Below, piece after piece: positions 39,110 through 51,582 of a stretch of 64,000 bases of DNA. This DNA is from Octopus vulgaris (taxonomy: Eukaryota). A model generated the notes under the pieces. That model was not told the DNA's origin. It did not search any database and worked only from the letters and a program-made list of their open reading frames with translations. The position numbers and the translations under genes are program-made. How positions within the stretch are numbered: the stretch's first letter is position 1; every line of letters starts with the position of its first letter. The stretch spans positions 68,200,001 through 68,264,000 of the forward strand of contig OX597817.1 in NCBI GenBank assembly GCA_951406725.2, in the 5' to 3' direction.

Positions 39110-39364
39110 ATACATAGCCATACTATCTAGAAGCAAAGAGGGCGGGTGAATGTGAAGATTTTAAGTAACTATTATAGAACCATAGTTATAAATAAATTAG
39201 CGTAGTACCCATCAAAAATAATAAGGTTTATTCTCTTTAGTTTCAGTAATTTATAGTTTTCCTCCCTCAGCCTTGCTCCATTCATTTCGTCTTCTTTCAA
39301 ATATATTTTCAGTTCATAATAGACAACAGGCATTCTTTGAAATAAAATTTCGCTTATCTATAAA

Positions 39365-39393
39365 TACTGGAAGTACCCGTGGAAAGTCCACGG
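39365..39393 (-). mobile_element. Possible Helitron 3' terminus
   Basis: Hairpin CCGTGGA-nnn-TCCACGG followed on the minus strand by CCAG|T. Confidence 0.35.
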
Positions 39394-40614
39394 CAAATGC
39401 GAAATCTTTTTTAGTTGGTTGTAAGTTTATATAGAGACATAAAAATTAGCGTTCCTTTCTAAATTGTATATTCTGTATAATTTCATTAAAAAAAAACACA
39501 TTTCAGATCTTCTAGATAAGGCTGTAACTGAAGGAGCATGAATTTCCCGTACACAGTCTCAGAAGTTCGGAGGTTCATTTATAATGTAAGAGTTTCATAA
39601 CGATTATAGAGAATATTCACGTCACTAATGTAACTTTCAACCGAATGTTTATAGGTTTGTTTTTGGTCGTTCTCTCTGATTTACATTTTATCTTCTAGCT
39701 TGAGTACGTCTCCTTATCTGTTGTAAATACTCACTCCATACTTTTTGATTCGTATTTTCCCTTCTACACGTTGATTTTCCCGTTCTTGTTCTAGTGTTTC
39801 GACCTTATGTTTCTCTTTGCGTCACTGTCTATTTGTTTCATTCTTTCTGTTGCCAGCTTACATCGTCTGTCATTTATATTTTGTAAACAAATATCAATTT
39901 TCAAGCGAGCAGATGATCAATAATTGCGCATCCGTTAAGTGACAGATGATATAAAAAGCTTAGTTCAATTAAAAAAAAAAATACGCTTTTCACTATCCAC
40001 TCACCACCACCATCACCACCTCTTTCTCTCTTTACTTTTAACCTCCACATCAAATCATCACCCCTCTGCTAAAATTGTTTTCTAAATCTCGCTTGTATCA
40101 CTACCTTCAACTAACATTTTAAACCACGTAATAAATATAACGTTCCTCATACCTCACGTCATGGACGCTTCTCTCTCCCTCTTTTTCTCTCCTCGTTTTT
40201 CTCTCTCACTCTTCGCCTTACTCTCTGTTTTTCTCTCCTTCTTTCTCTATCTTTTTCTCGGGCTAAGTATATAACTAATGGAGGAACAAGCAGAATTATT
40301 ATTAGATATTTTGTAAGATTTATATTGTAAAAAATATTTAACTTGGACCGCAACTATTGCACATTGGCAACATTTTGTGCACCGCTTTTGGATATAGTTA
40401 TTATGAACTATCTACAGGTCATGTTTCAATTCCAACCACCTCTGCAAACGTTTCTGAGAAATTACCAAGTCTCGAATAGCTGCTCAACTTATTGGTCTTC
40501 ACTATATGCTGTAGAGATCTGTGTGCACCCTCGACCCACTTATATTCACAGGAAGTGAGAAAGAAAAATTCTACAAAAACAAGAGAGAGGGAGAGAGGGA
40601 GAGGGAGGGAGCGA

Positions 40615-40664
<50 letters not shown>

Positions 40665-40709
40665 CCTCGCTTCTCTGCTTCGAAACTTATTTTGGGGATA
40701 TAGTTTTAA

Positions 40710-40915
40710 GGTGGTGAATCGTTATCACGCCGGGGAAAATGCTTAGCGGCATTTTGTCCGTCTTTATGTTCTGAGTTCAAATTCTGTCGAGGTCGACTTC
40801 ACTTTTTACCCTTTCGGAATCGATAAAATAAGTACCAGGTGATCACTGGGGAATAAATGTAATCAACTTACCCCTCCTCATAAACTGCTGGCCTTGTGCC
40901 AAAATATGAAACCAA
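40710..40915 (+). mobile_element. SINE family B
   Basis: GAGTTCAAATTC B-box, central domain, GGCCTTGTGCCAAAAT.TGAAACC tail. Confidence 0.85.
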
Positions 40916-41007
40916 TATGAAATATGTTTCTCGAGATTGTTATAGACAGCTGAAGGCTCAGTGTTTCGTTTACTTTCAGTTAAATATAAAAAAGGTTATA
41001 TACCCTA

Positions 41008-41335
41008 CTTCAGTCAAGAATGACCACGGGATTGCACCAAGAAAGTTGCCCTCCGAGGCACAATTCCAAGAAAAGTTGTTTATGGAAGACTAGCAGTCAC
41101 CCATGCATGCCAGCCTCCCTTCTCCACGCTACCAGTGTTATCCAAGGGAAAGTCAAAGATGAATTTAGTTTGGCACCAGTAACGTCGCAACTCATTTCTA
41201 CAGCTGAGTGAACTGGCAGAACGTGAAATAAAGTGTCTTGCTCAAGAATACAACACACAGCCCGGTCTGGGAATCGAACTCGCTACCTCATGTTTGTGAG
41301 CCCGATGCTCTAAGCCCTGAGCCACGCACCTTCAC
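41008..41335 (-). mobile_element. SINE family C head/core with a different 3' tail
   Basis: Head GTGAAGGTGCGTGGCTCAGGG, B-box GAGTTCGATTCC and CORE-like block; 41008-41185 is unrelated to the tail of 38850-39109. Confidence 0.8.
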
Positions 41336-41540
41336 AATTAAATATAACTGCTCAGCAATCACTGGTGTAATAGTGATATCACTGTTACAATAGCTTGTTG
41401 CTCATTATTGATCCTTGCTATTTTCGTTGAGAAGTTCATCTTCGGTGTCATACCTTGCATTACTGATTCCTTAATTTTAATGCTTTGGCTAATATTTCTA
41501 CCCTCACAGCTGCCCACGTGGATTTTGTCCCATAACATAC

Positions 41541-41655
41541 CTGTTCGACCGTAAGTTACTTCATTTGTCCCAATATTAATTTCCCAGATGCCATCTATTT
41601 GTTCCACTCGTACAAGACGGCTGAATGACTTGTTGACTAAAATTGCGACGTTAAA
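41541..41655 (-). other. Candidate exon (unverified)
   Basis: ttggcag| acceptor, CAG|gtatgt donor; FNVAILVNKSFSRLVRVEQIDGIWEINIGTNEVTYGRT. A competing plus-strand candidate overlaps it. Confidence 0.22.
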
Positions 41656-43397
41656 CTGCCAACGACAATTATTTGTTTAATTTTTAATTGCTCAAGTTTT
41701 CTTTTCTTACTTCTGTTTGGTGAACTTGGAACTGATGCTATACTAGTAATGCTGGTCTCTTCAACAAACCACCAGGATGCAGAAGCAATGTAACTAAAGT
41801 TTCATATCGTCTTTGTCCAGTCATCTGTGATAAATAAGAACATTAGATCAGATAATTTTTTTCGGGCATTGCTTTTCCGTTTAAGGATTTGTTTTGTCTG
41901 CACATCAAATCAAACAAAAATAAATAAATAAATAAATACTAAATTATATTTTCTTCATGCCCAGTTATTTTTTATAGTCACTGTCTAAGTACTTTTATCG
42001 TCAATAGTTTTATCTGATGGCACATTGAGAATTGATGCATTTTCATTCATATTGCCTCATTGCCCAAGTTCATAATTTCTTTTTTTGGCGTCGATCGTTT
42101 GTTTGGGAAATGCCAGGAAATTTATTCATACTCCTTAGGCATATTCTTTGCAATCCTAGCTTTTACTCTTGTGCTTAGGTTGTACCGTCTCATGAAACAG
42201 ACGAAAAGAATATCTAACAAACACATCTGCTAGTATATTTCTCTTTTTTCTCTTTTCTTTTTACCAATCTCCTGGTGTATTATTATCTTTGTTGAAACTA
42301 TATATGCCATACATTGTTGACTGCATATCCATAATTTTATGGCTTCTTCCAATTGTGGTAATTTTACTTATTTATGATAGACTCTGTTTTTTTTCCATTC
42401 CCGTTTTCTTAAATATCTCCTCTTGTTTTTTCCATTCACGATTCAGCTGCCATGTTGCCGTGTTGTTTAGCATATTCAACGACTTGTCGTTTGTAACTAA
42501 TTCTATATTTATGCATCTTCTGCTTAGTATCCATTGTGTAGTAAGTTAGTATTGTCAGCTGAATAACTAAACTGATAACTAAACTAAAGCATGGCGTCCG
42601 CTTCAGTGGTATTTCTCTTTACTTACAAGTGGCATATAAAGCATTCTCATAGTCAATGCACGATAAACGGAATAAGCATATGGCGTTCAGTTATCGGTGC
42701 CCCAAATCTTTCTAAACTTATTACGATTTCTCATCAAATTAAACAGCACTAATAGTTAAGATAATAATAATATTGCGATATATTAATTACATGTAAATTA
42801 TAATTGTAGGTTTATATTACGTTACTGAGTTTTCAGTGAAGACTGACTCCAGTTAAGAAACTCTTTCCTACAATCTGACCTTTTAGTGATAAGACGTTGG
42901 GTAATTTCAGGAAGATTACCTTTTTGTTTGTAATAAAAGTGTTTTATGTGTTGGTAAAACCAATATTCATATTTTTTATACTGTGTTACCAGTTTCACTT
43001 TCTTTTTGTTTCCTGTCATTTTGAAGTACTAACATTTCTTTCCAGAAATATTGACTTATTGTAATAATTTTCGCCTTCTTTTTAAACTTCGATGTCGAAC
43101 AATTTCTTCGTGACTGAGAAACTTCGTCTGTTTAACTTACAATTACTTGCAACACGTTTGAAAAACTTCTTGCAATTCCTTGGGCTTCTCTTTCTCCTAT
43201 TCTTTGCTTAGCTTTACAACTTTTCCTCATGCATAAGCTCTCAATGCATTAACTTTTCTTTATTATTCGCACTCAGTCACCCCAACACTTTACTATTTCT
43301 TACCTTCTTATGTATGTATGTTTGTATGGATGTATGTATGTATGTTTGTATGTATGTATCTATCTCACCCTCTCTCCTTACACACTCTCACACACAC

Positions 43398-43443
<46 letters not shown>

Positions 43444-43744
43444 CGGTGTCTATTCTCTCTCAGCCCCAAACTTTTTCGCTTATTTTCTTCTAACGTCTTT
43501 TCTTTCTCAGACTTCGGCGTTATAAAAAATGTTCACTTTGTCGTGCTACCTGTCTGTCTCTCCCTATCTCTACCATTCTCTCAACAATTCGATCACTCTG
43601 TAAGCAGCTATTATTCTATCATGTTTATTCTCTCTTTCTAAAGTAGAGCTCCATGCTTCTTTTTCCACCTCCTCTCCCTTACTTTTCTCTTTCTGCCATC
43701 TCTCCTAATATTTTACTGTCATGCCCACAAAGTTGTATCCTTAC

Positions 43745-43766
43745 CGGCTGACAGTTGACAAGTTTT

Positions 43767-43799
<33 letters not shown>

Positions 43800-43876
43800 C
43801 TCTCTTTCTTTATTTCTTTCTCTCTCTTTCTTTATTTCTTTCTCTCTCCCCTTCTCTCTCTCTTTCTTTCTTTCCT

Positions 43877-43907
<31 letters not shown>

Positions 43908-43930
43908 CTCTCCCCTCTCTCTCTTTCTTG
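43745..43930. repeat. Polypyrimidine (CT/CTTT)n tract
   Basis: Directly visible. Confidence 0.95.
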
Positions 43931-45051
43931 GTTCCTTTCTTATGCAGTTATTTCTCCACCCATCTATTTACATATTTACTCCACCTCTCTTTATGATACT
44001 TTTTCTCACTATTCCATCTTTCTCAGTACAGCCACTAGTTTCTCATTCTGCACTCGACACTTAGCGTGACAGAAGGAAAGTTGCCAGTTTCTCTTTATCC
44101 TTTAGTACAAGGTATTCTGTATGAAAGTACATGTTTGTATGTGCGTATGTGTATGTGCATCAGTATATATAAGCAAGATATAAGTTAGAGGTTATGCAAT
44201 CATCTAAGGGATAGATGCATCCGTAGGCACTCCTCGTGCATTACCTCACTATGTATAGTCCTCATTATAAGGTATACGGCAGTAGGTAATTTAAAGGTAA
44301 AGCCCCAATAAAACTGACAGTAATAATAATATAAATAACTATAGAAAGAATAATAATAATTATAACCATAACTTTACGATTTACAATAATACTGAGGACA
44401 GTTTCTATACCAAAAATAATAATATTGAAAATAACAAAACGGAATAAGGCCAGCAAGTTCAGGGGAGGGAGTTAGTCGATTACATCAACCTTAGGGAACT
44501 GGTCTCATCTTAAGATTGCTGACCGTGTGCCAAAATTTGAAGCAACAAAAATCACAATAAACAAAACCAATAACTTTTTCTACTATAAATACGGGGCCTG
44601 AAATTTAGTGGGAAGAAGATAGTCGACCTCAGTGTTCGTCAGGTACTAATTTTATTGTTCCCTAAAAGATTAAACGCAAAGTCGATCACAGCTGCATTTC
44701 AACTCACAATGTAAAGTCACAAGAATTATCTCTAAGCACTTTGTTCGAAGTGGTAATGATTCTTCCCACTCGCTGCCTTTAATAATAATTCTTGTTATTG
44801 CAGACACAAGGCTAAAATTTGTTGGGGAGGGGCCTAGTGGATTACATCGGCACCAGTGTTCAACTGATACTTATTTCATGGAACTCTAAGAAATGAAGGA
44901 CAAAGTCAACCTTGGCGGAATTTGAATTTGAAAAAATAAATAAATAAATAAAATCTGAAAGAAATGCTGTTATGCGTTTTGTCCGGTGTGCTAGCGATTC
45001 TTCCGACTCTCTGGCTTGTTGTTGTTGATCTGATTAAAGAACGTGGAGATA

Positions 45052-45545
45052 TATTTATTTCTTTATTGCCCACAAGGGGCTAAGCATAGAGTGGACAAAC
45101 AAGGACAGACAAATGTATTAAGTCGATTACATCGACCCCAGTGCGTAACTGGTACTTATTTAATCGAGCCATAACTTTACGATTTACAATAATACTGAGG
45201 ACAGTAAAGGCGGCGAGCTGGCAGAAACGTTAGCACGCCGGGCGAAATGCTTAGCGGTATTTCGTCTGCGTTACGTTGTGAGTTCAAATTCCGCCGAGGT
45301 CGACTTTGCCTTTCATCCTTTCGGGGTCGATAAATTAAGTACCAGTTACGCACTGGGGTCGATGTAATCGACTTAATACCTATGTCTGTCCTTGTTTATC
45401 CCCTCTGTGTTTAGCCCCTTGTGGGTAATAAAGAAATAGGTACTTATTTAATCGACATCGAAACGATGAACGGCAAAGTCGACTTCGGCGGAATTTGAAC
45501 CCAGACCTCTGTGGTTGAGAAGGAAACTTCTTAACTACACACGCA
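45052..45545 (-). mobile_element. Chimeric SINE (A-like head, B body) split by a younger SINE B insertion
   Basis: 45052-45167 and 45456-45545 rejoin into one element; the head GTGTAGTTAAGAAGTTTCCTTCTCAACCAC resembles family A. Confidence 0.75.
45206..45438 (+). mobile_element. Young full-length SINE B with 17-bp TSD and a 5' extra segment
   Basis: GGTACTTATTTAATCGA at 45151-45167 and 45439-45455; intact A- and B-boxes. Confidence 0.92.
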
Positions 45546-45946
45546 AGCTTTGTTATTACGAGACTACATTCTAAGCAGAAAGTCTGCGCCCCTGTATCTA
45601 TCAAATAAATCACTGTAATTGTTAATATTATTGTTGTGCGTGTTGTTTCCATTGTGACAGTGCCTGTAGTTGCGACTATGAGAATTTATGGTAGAACAAG
45701 GTCCAAAAGAACTGTAATGTCTGATTTAATGAATATCTACTGAAGGTATCCACTCAGAACTACTGTATGTATATTTATGCGTGCGACCGTGTGCGTGTGT
45801 ACGAACACATATATTTACATATATGAATATACACTTATAAATTTATATATACTCACAAAGTACAGGAATAAATACATAAGCATATAAAGACACACACACA
45901 CACATCTATATATACACACAAGTTTTTGCATATACATATATATGTA

Positions 45947-45992
<46 letters not shown>

Positions 45993-46026
45993 CACACATA
46001 TACACGCACATGTATGTTCACATACA

Positions 46027-46084
<58 letters not shown>

Positions 46085-46804
46085 TATACATACACATAGG
46101 AGGAACGAGATTGAGAGTCAGACTGCCAACTACACGTACGTGCACACACATACTTTCACATACATACTTTAATATATACAGATATTCAAACATAAATTTA
46201 TACACACATTTTCCTCCCACATACACACACACATATATACACACATACATCAGTAGACAGGTAGACAACGCACGCACGAATGCCGCATAGAAACATATAT
46301 AACAGGAAAATGATTTGTAATGAAATTTGACAAATTGACAAAGGCGTAATTTTAGGTGAAACTCTGACACTATTAATTCTACAAGATCTAAGACGTAATC
46401 TGAGACTAGCAGACAATAGCAGAGTATAAATAGCTATCTTATATCAGACTTAGTGGCCGAAATCCAGCCGTGTGTGTTATTGAAGCGTGTGATCATGTGA
46501 TACGATTGTTCTCTTCTGAAGTATAGCATATAGCATATAGTAAATAACAAAATGCGTCTTAGCGTTGGAATAGAGCATTGGATAACAAAAAATATTTTTA
46601 AAATGAACTTATATTGTTTTTGTATATATTGAGGCTTCGTTGTTAATAAAGAAATCATCGTCGTTGCAGCCGGCATCATCATCATCATCGAAGTCGTCTT
46701 TGCTTTTCCTGGGTCGATAAAGTACCAGCTGAGCACTGAGGTCGATGTAATCAACTAGCTCCCTCCTCCCCACCAAATTTCAGGCCTTGTGCCTGAAAGA
46801 GAGG

Positions 46805-46852
<48 letters not shown>

Positions 46853-47549
46853 GTTGTTGTTGTTGTCGTCGTTATTGAGTGAGAGAGCAGTACACGCTAT
46901 CAAAGTGACACTGGTGTAGAAACATACGAAGCGCAATATACCCATCATGACTACCCGTCTGACAAGGGTACACCAGGCACAAGCATCACAACCATATGTG
47001 CGCGACATGATAATTTAATATGAAGATAAACAGCACATGACCTTGCAGGTGGGGCCCAGTTAGAATTTTCTTCAGGTCGAGTAGCCCATCCCGTTGAGAA
47101 GGTCCCTGGATAATAGTTGTTTAAAGATGTTGAACGAAACACCCATGTTTCCAGTGATAAATTATTCAAATTCCCCCAAATTCCTCTCACCACATTCCTC
47201 TATGATGCTTCCCTACTACTTCTGCTCGAGCAAACCAATGACTATACATTTCAACCACTACCATCCCTGCTTTGGATTTGTATATCCATGACTACATAGG
47301 CCAATGGATTATTCAGTTTTTAAAAACGGCAAATGTGTTTGAGAGAGATGTATTTGGCTACTATTTCTAGCATGTCGACCGACCGCATATTTGTTAGCTA
47401 GTTGAAGACGACTATAATGATGGTAATGATGATGGTGATGGTAATGGTGGTGGGGGAAATGTGTGTGTTTCGTTTATTTAAAATGGATGAATCAGATATG
47501 AGCGAATATACAGTAAGTTGTGGCACTCATATCTTCTACTGATGTATCA

Positions 47550-47725
47550 ATATATTTATTTCTTTATTGCCCACAAGGGGCTAAACATAGAGGGGACTAA
47601 CAAAGACAGACAAAGGTATTAAGTCGATTACATCGACCCCAGTGCGTAACCGGTACTTATTTAATCGACCCCGAAAAGATGAAGAGCAAAGTCGACCTCG
47701 GCGGAATTTGAATCCAGACCTCTGG
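47550..47725 (-). mobile_element. SINE B variant, same chimeric junction as 45456-45545
   Basis: GGCGGAATTTGAA(C/T)CCAGACCTCTG in place of GAACTCAGAACGT. Confidence 0.8.
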
Positions 47726-47734
47726 GTTCAACAA

Positions 47735-47882
47735 TGATAATAAGAGAATTAAATGACGACGACGATGATGGTGACAACGAGGATGATGATGATACTGGTG
47801 GAGCTGATAATGTGGTGGCAGTCGTAGTGGTGGTGGTGCTTGGTGGTGGTGGTGGTGGTGGTAATGATGATGATCGCGATGG

Positions 47883-47915
<33 letters not shown>

Positions 47916-48015
47916 GAGGGAGGAGGAGGATGATTACGGAGACAACGACGACGACGACGATGATGATGATGATGATGATAATGGCGGGGACTACGACATC
48001 GATGATGATAATGAT
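47735..48015. repeat. (GAT/GAC/GGT)n low-complexity tract
   Basis: Directly visible; poly-D pseudo-ORF. Confidence 0.9.
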
Positions 48016-48669
48016 TAATGGAAAATTCAATAATATTTTATAAGAGGAAGAAAGTTGGCAACTGAAGATGAAGAAAACTTTTGTCAGAAATCTTACAGAA
48101 TATTCAGACCTAGACAGGAGCTAAAATGATCCTGCTGCGACGTGGTGTAGAATCGGTAATAATCTATAATTGGCTTCATACTTATCCTTCCCCGTATTCA
48201 ACCTGTCAGAATTAGACACTAATAGATTTGTTAACAGCAAAGGGTATCTGGCTACGCTGGTAAACCTGAAACGAACGGAGCGATATTAAGAGCAAAATAT
48301 ATCCGGCAGAAACGAAAATACTAAGTGGTGTGTTAAGGTGTTAAGTATAACCTGAAGGAGAAAGACGATATCAATTTGTTTCCCATATTTTAATATTGAG
48401 TTATAAAAAGTCACTGGCTTCGGACATAAGATTGAATATAATCTAATTTATATCTACGAATCAAGAAAAGAGAACAGTTTCTGGCAAGTACAGACGTAAC
48501 GTGTAGAAAAAGATTAACCGAATGGCTCTGGCATTTAGATAAAATGCTCTACAAGGTACTCGTAATGCATGTGGGTAGAAATTATCTTGATTCCAAAATA
48601 GTTTTCACGACTGTTTGAGACGGGTGAGTTCTACATCCTTTGCGTGTAATTGACTGGGATAGGATTCGC

Positions 48670-49000
48670 GTAATGGCATTACGTCAATTACGACGGTGAG
48701 GATTCCAGCTGATCCGATCAACGGAACTACCTGCTCATAAATATTAACGTGCAAGTGGCTGAGGAATCCACAGACACGCGTGCTTTTAACGTGGATCTCA
48801 GGAAGATTCAGTGTGACACATGCTGTGACAAAGCTGATCCTTTGAAATACAGGTACTACTCATTTTTGCCAGCTGAATGGGCTGAAGCAACGTCAAATAA
48901 AGTGACTTGCTGAAGGACACAACGCACTTTTGGAAATCGAACTCATAACCTAACAATCGTGAACCAAATACCCTAACCGCTAAGACAAGTACCCTCACCT
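48670..49000 (-). mobile_element. SINE family C head/core with a third tail type
   Basis: B-box GAGTTCGATTTCC and GTGTCCTTCAGCAAGTCACTT..GGCAAAAATGAGTA core; distinct 3' part. Confidence 0.78.
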
Positions 49001-49042
49001 CGTACTTAGTATACTTGACTTAATCTGTTATATGCATATATG

Positions 49043-49110
<68 letters not shown>

Positions 49111-49338
49111 TAAATATATAAATAAATAAATGGAGTCGAACGAAGATGTTAACAAAATTCCTTTACTCTTTATTTATTTATTCATATATAACACACACAT
49201 TTCTGCACATGAACCCGGAGTTCCTAGCCTCGGACAGGTCGCTTCAACCGTGTTTCTAACGTGAATTTGCTACCCTGGTATCGGTTCATCGAATTTTCCA
49301 TGTTGACGGTAAACATAGGATAATTCATTCACGTATCG

Positions 49339-49407
<69 letters not shown>

Positions 49408-51029
49408 TATATATATACATATACACATATATATATATATACATATGGTCATATACATATATGTATATATTTATATAAATGTAAATGTTATATGTAGCAT
49501 AGGTAATAAATTCCTGGCACTGTTAAATAAACCTTTCCCAGTAAACTACAGATACAGGACGATTTTAATAAACGCTCGGTAAAAAATTCCTACAACTGCT
49601 ACTATAATATGAAGGACAATATCAATCGCAAGTCAGACCAAGATGTCATGCACAATGATATCGATCAGATTTCGTTTTAGGTGCCGAAGCAGTTCAAAAT
49701 AACGACTTTTTCATGGAACCGCCGTCATTCGTCCAGTGATGGAAGGAAGAAAGAACGAAAAGCAGAGTTCACTTCAACTGAATTTGAACTCAGCGTGTAG
49801 AGTGCCAGAATAAATACCACAAAGCATAGTGATGATGATGATGTTGGTTGTTTTGATGATGACGACAAGATGACAGTGATAGCGGCAGCAGAGGTAATGA
49901 CAACAACGGCTGCGGCGACGACTACGACGACGACGATGTGTTCAGTAATGTTAACTCTGGATGTGGTTAGTAATGTGGCTAACTCTGTATTAGCCCTGAT
50001 GGAAGAGGCACATGTTTAAAAAAATATATTCAGCTGTGGCCATCTAACCGTCTTCAGCTGTGGCCATCCAGTCTACATAGTCTCCTATTATTTTATCATT
50101 AAAAAAAAGACGATCTGAGGGAAACTTGTCTCCTATTTTAAACAGAAATTCGTTGAATACTACATCTGTTAAATATTGTAGCGCTAACTCATCTACATCC
50201 AATAAATAATAAAGCAGGATATTTATCAAAACAAAGCTAAACAAACAAAACTCTGTCAGTATAATCAACAACTTAGAGCAGTCACACAGTTTCTATTGTC
50301 GCCAGTTATGTGTCGTGGTGCATGCAGAAGTAAGATACATAATGAAATGACTGGAATTAACTTGAAATCGTTTTGTTTGAACTTGCTGTTCAATACAATA
50401 TTTACTCAACCATTTCACTTGTCTTGACTTGTTGATAAGCCAGCCACTCACTCCCACATACACACACACACACACGGACACAGACACACACACACACACA
50501 AACGCGCGCACACACACACACACACACAAACGCGCGCACACACACACACACAAACGCGCGCACACACACACACACACATACATACACACACATGCACAAA
50601 ACAGTAGTTAAGTTAGTGTTAACACAAGGAGCTTTAAAAATAGCTTGCTGGAAATAAATATGTTGTGAGATAAAACAATATTGTTCAATGACTAAATATT
50701 GTTTCAATTATTTGAGCATGAGTAATTTCTTTGAGTAATTTATGCTCTGAAAATTTCTGTCATCTGCTGCAACCAGTGAACAATATTGTACATCTACTTT
50801 ACAATTTCTCTCATCGCTACTTTGCCGAGTTCAGTGATGTCTAGGCTTCACTGATGAGAATCTAATACGAACGAAACGTGCTCGAAGTTATCTCCCATAC
50901 TTACCAAAAGAAATAATAGTTACCTGAGATCCATTTATCTTTTCACTTGTTTCAGTCATTGGACTGCGGTATACTGGGAACATCATACTGAAGGGTTTAG
51001 TTGATTACAACTTATTGTTTTAAAGTCTG

Positions 51030-51102
51030 TGTGAACAAGTGTGGTTGCTTTTTGTGCGTTGCACTTTCCCGCAGCTCGTCCCCTTGGCCGAACTGCAGTC
51101 TG
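51030..51102 (+). mobile_element. Short piece of the same Tx1-like ORF2 as 17185-17583
   Basis: GTGTGG...TTTGTG...TT(C)CCGCAGCTCGTC...GA.CTGCAGTC matches the reverse complement of about 17455-17525. Confidence 0.55.
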
Positions 51103-51312
51103 AAGAATCATTGATGTCAAACTTTGATATATCTGTGTCTTTGCTTCTCATTGAAATAAACTTAATCAAGATACCTTTCCGTACTACTTACTTCTGAAAC
51201 TCAGCATGACTCTAAATATATTTTGTTTATATATGGCAAACTAAAAGACCTGAAAGTGAATTTCTTATTTAATTCGATTTTGTATATCTTGTATTGTAAA
51301 GGAAGTAATCCT

Positions 51313-51582
51313 CTAATGCTTCTGAAGGAAAAATAAGACCAGTGCTTGACAAATACTGAAGTGATAACCGTTGAGTATATGTATGATACAGAATATTTTT
51401 AGGATAAGTTTTAGTAAATCCCTGAACTTTTGTCCTATTTTGATAATTTCTTGATTGTTAGGCAGATATGAGTAAATCGTCCTTGACAGCTCCTTTAAGG
51501 AACTTGGAAGTTCAGAACCTGTACAAGATCCGCGTAAATATAAATATATTGAAGAGCATGCATGATTTTGTAGAAAGAAATA
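51313..51582 (-). pseudogene. hAT transposase remnant, distal part
   Basis: YFFLQNHACSS...LPSSLKELSRTIYSYL continues in frame from 52823 once the maT element is removed. Confidence 0.65.

Noticed and set aside
40418-43120. Plus-strand exon candidates (about 40418-40553, 41510-41550, TACTAAC..CAG at 43027-43045)
   Set aside because: They do not join into a consistent ORF and they conflict with overlapping minus-strand candidates.
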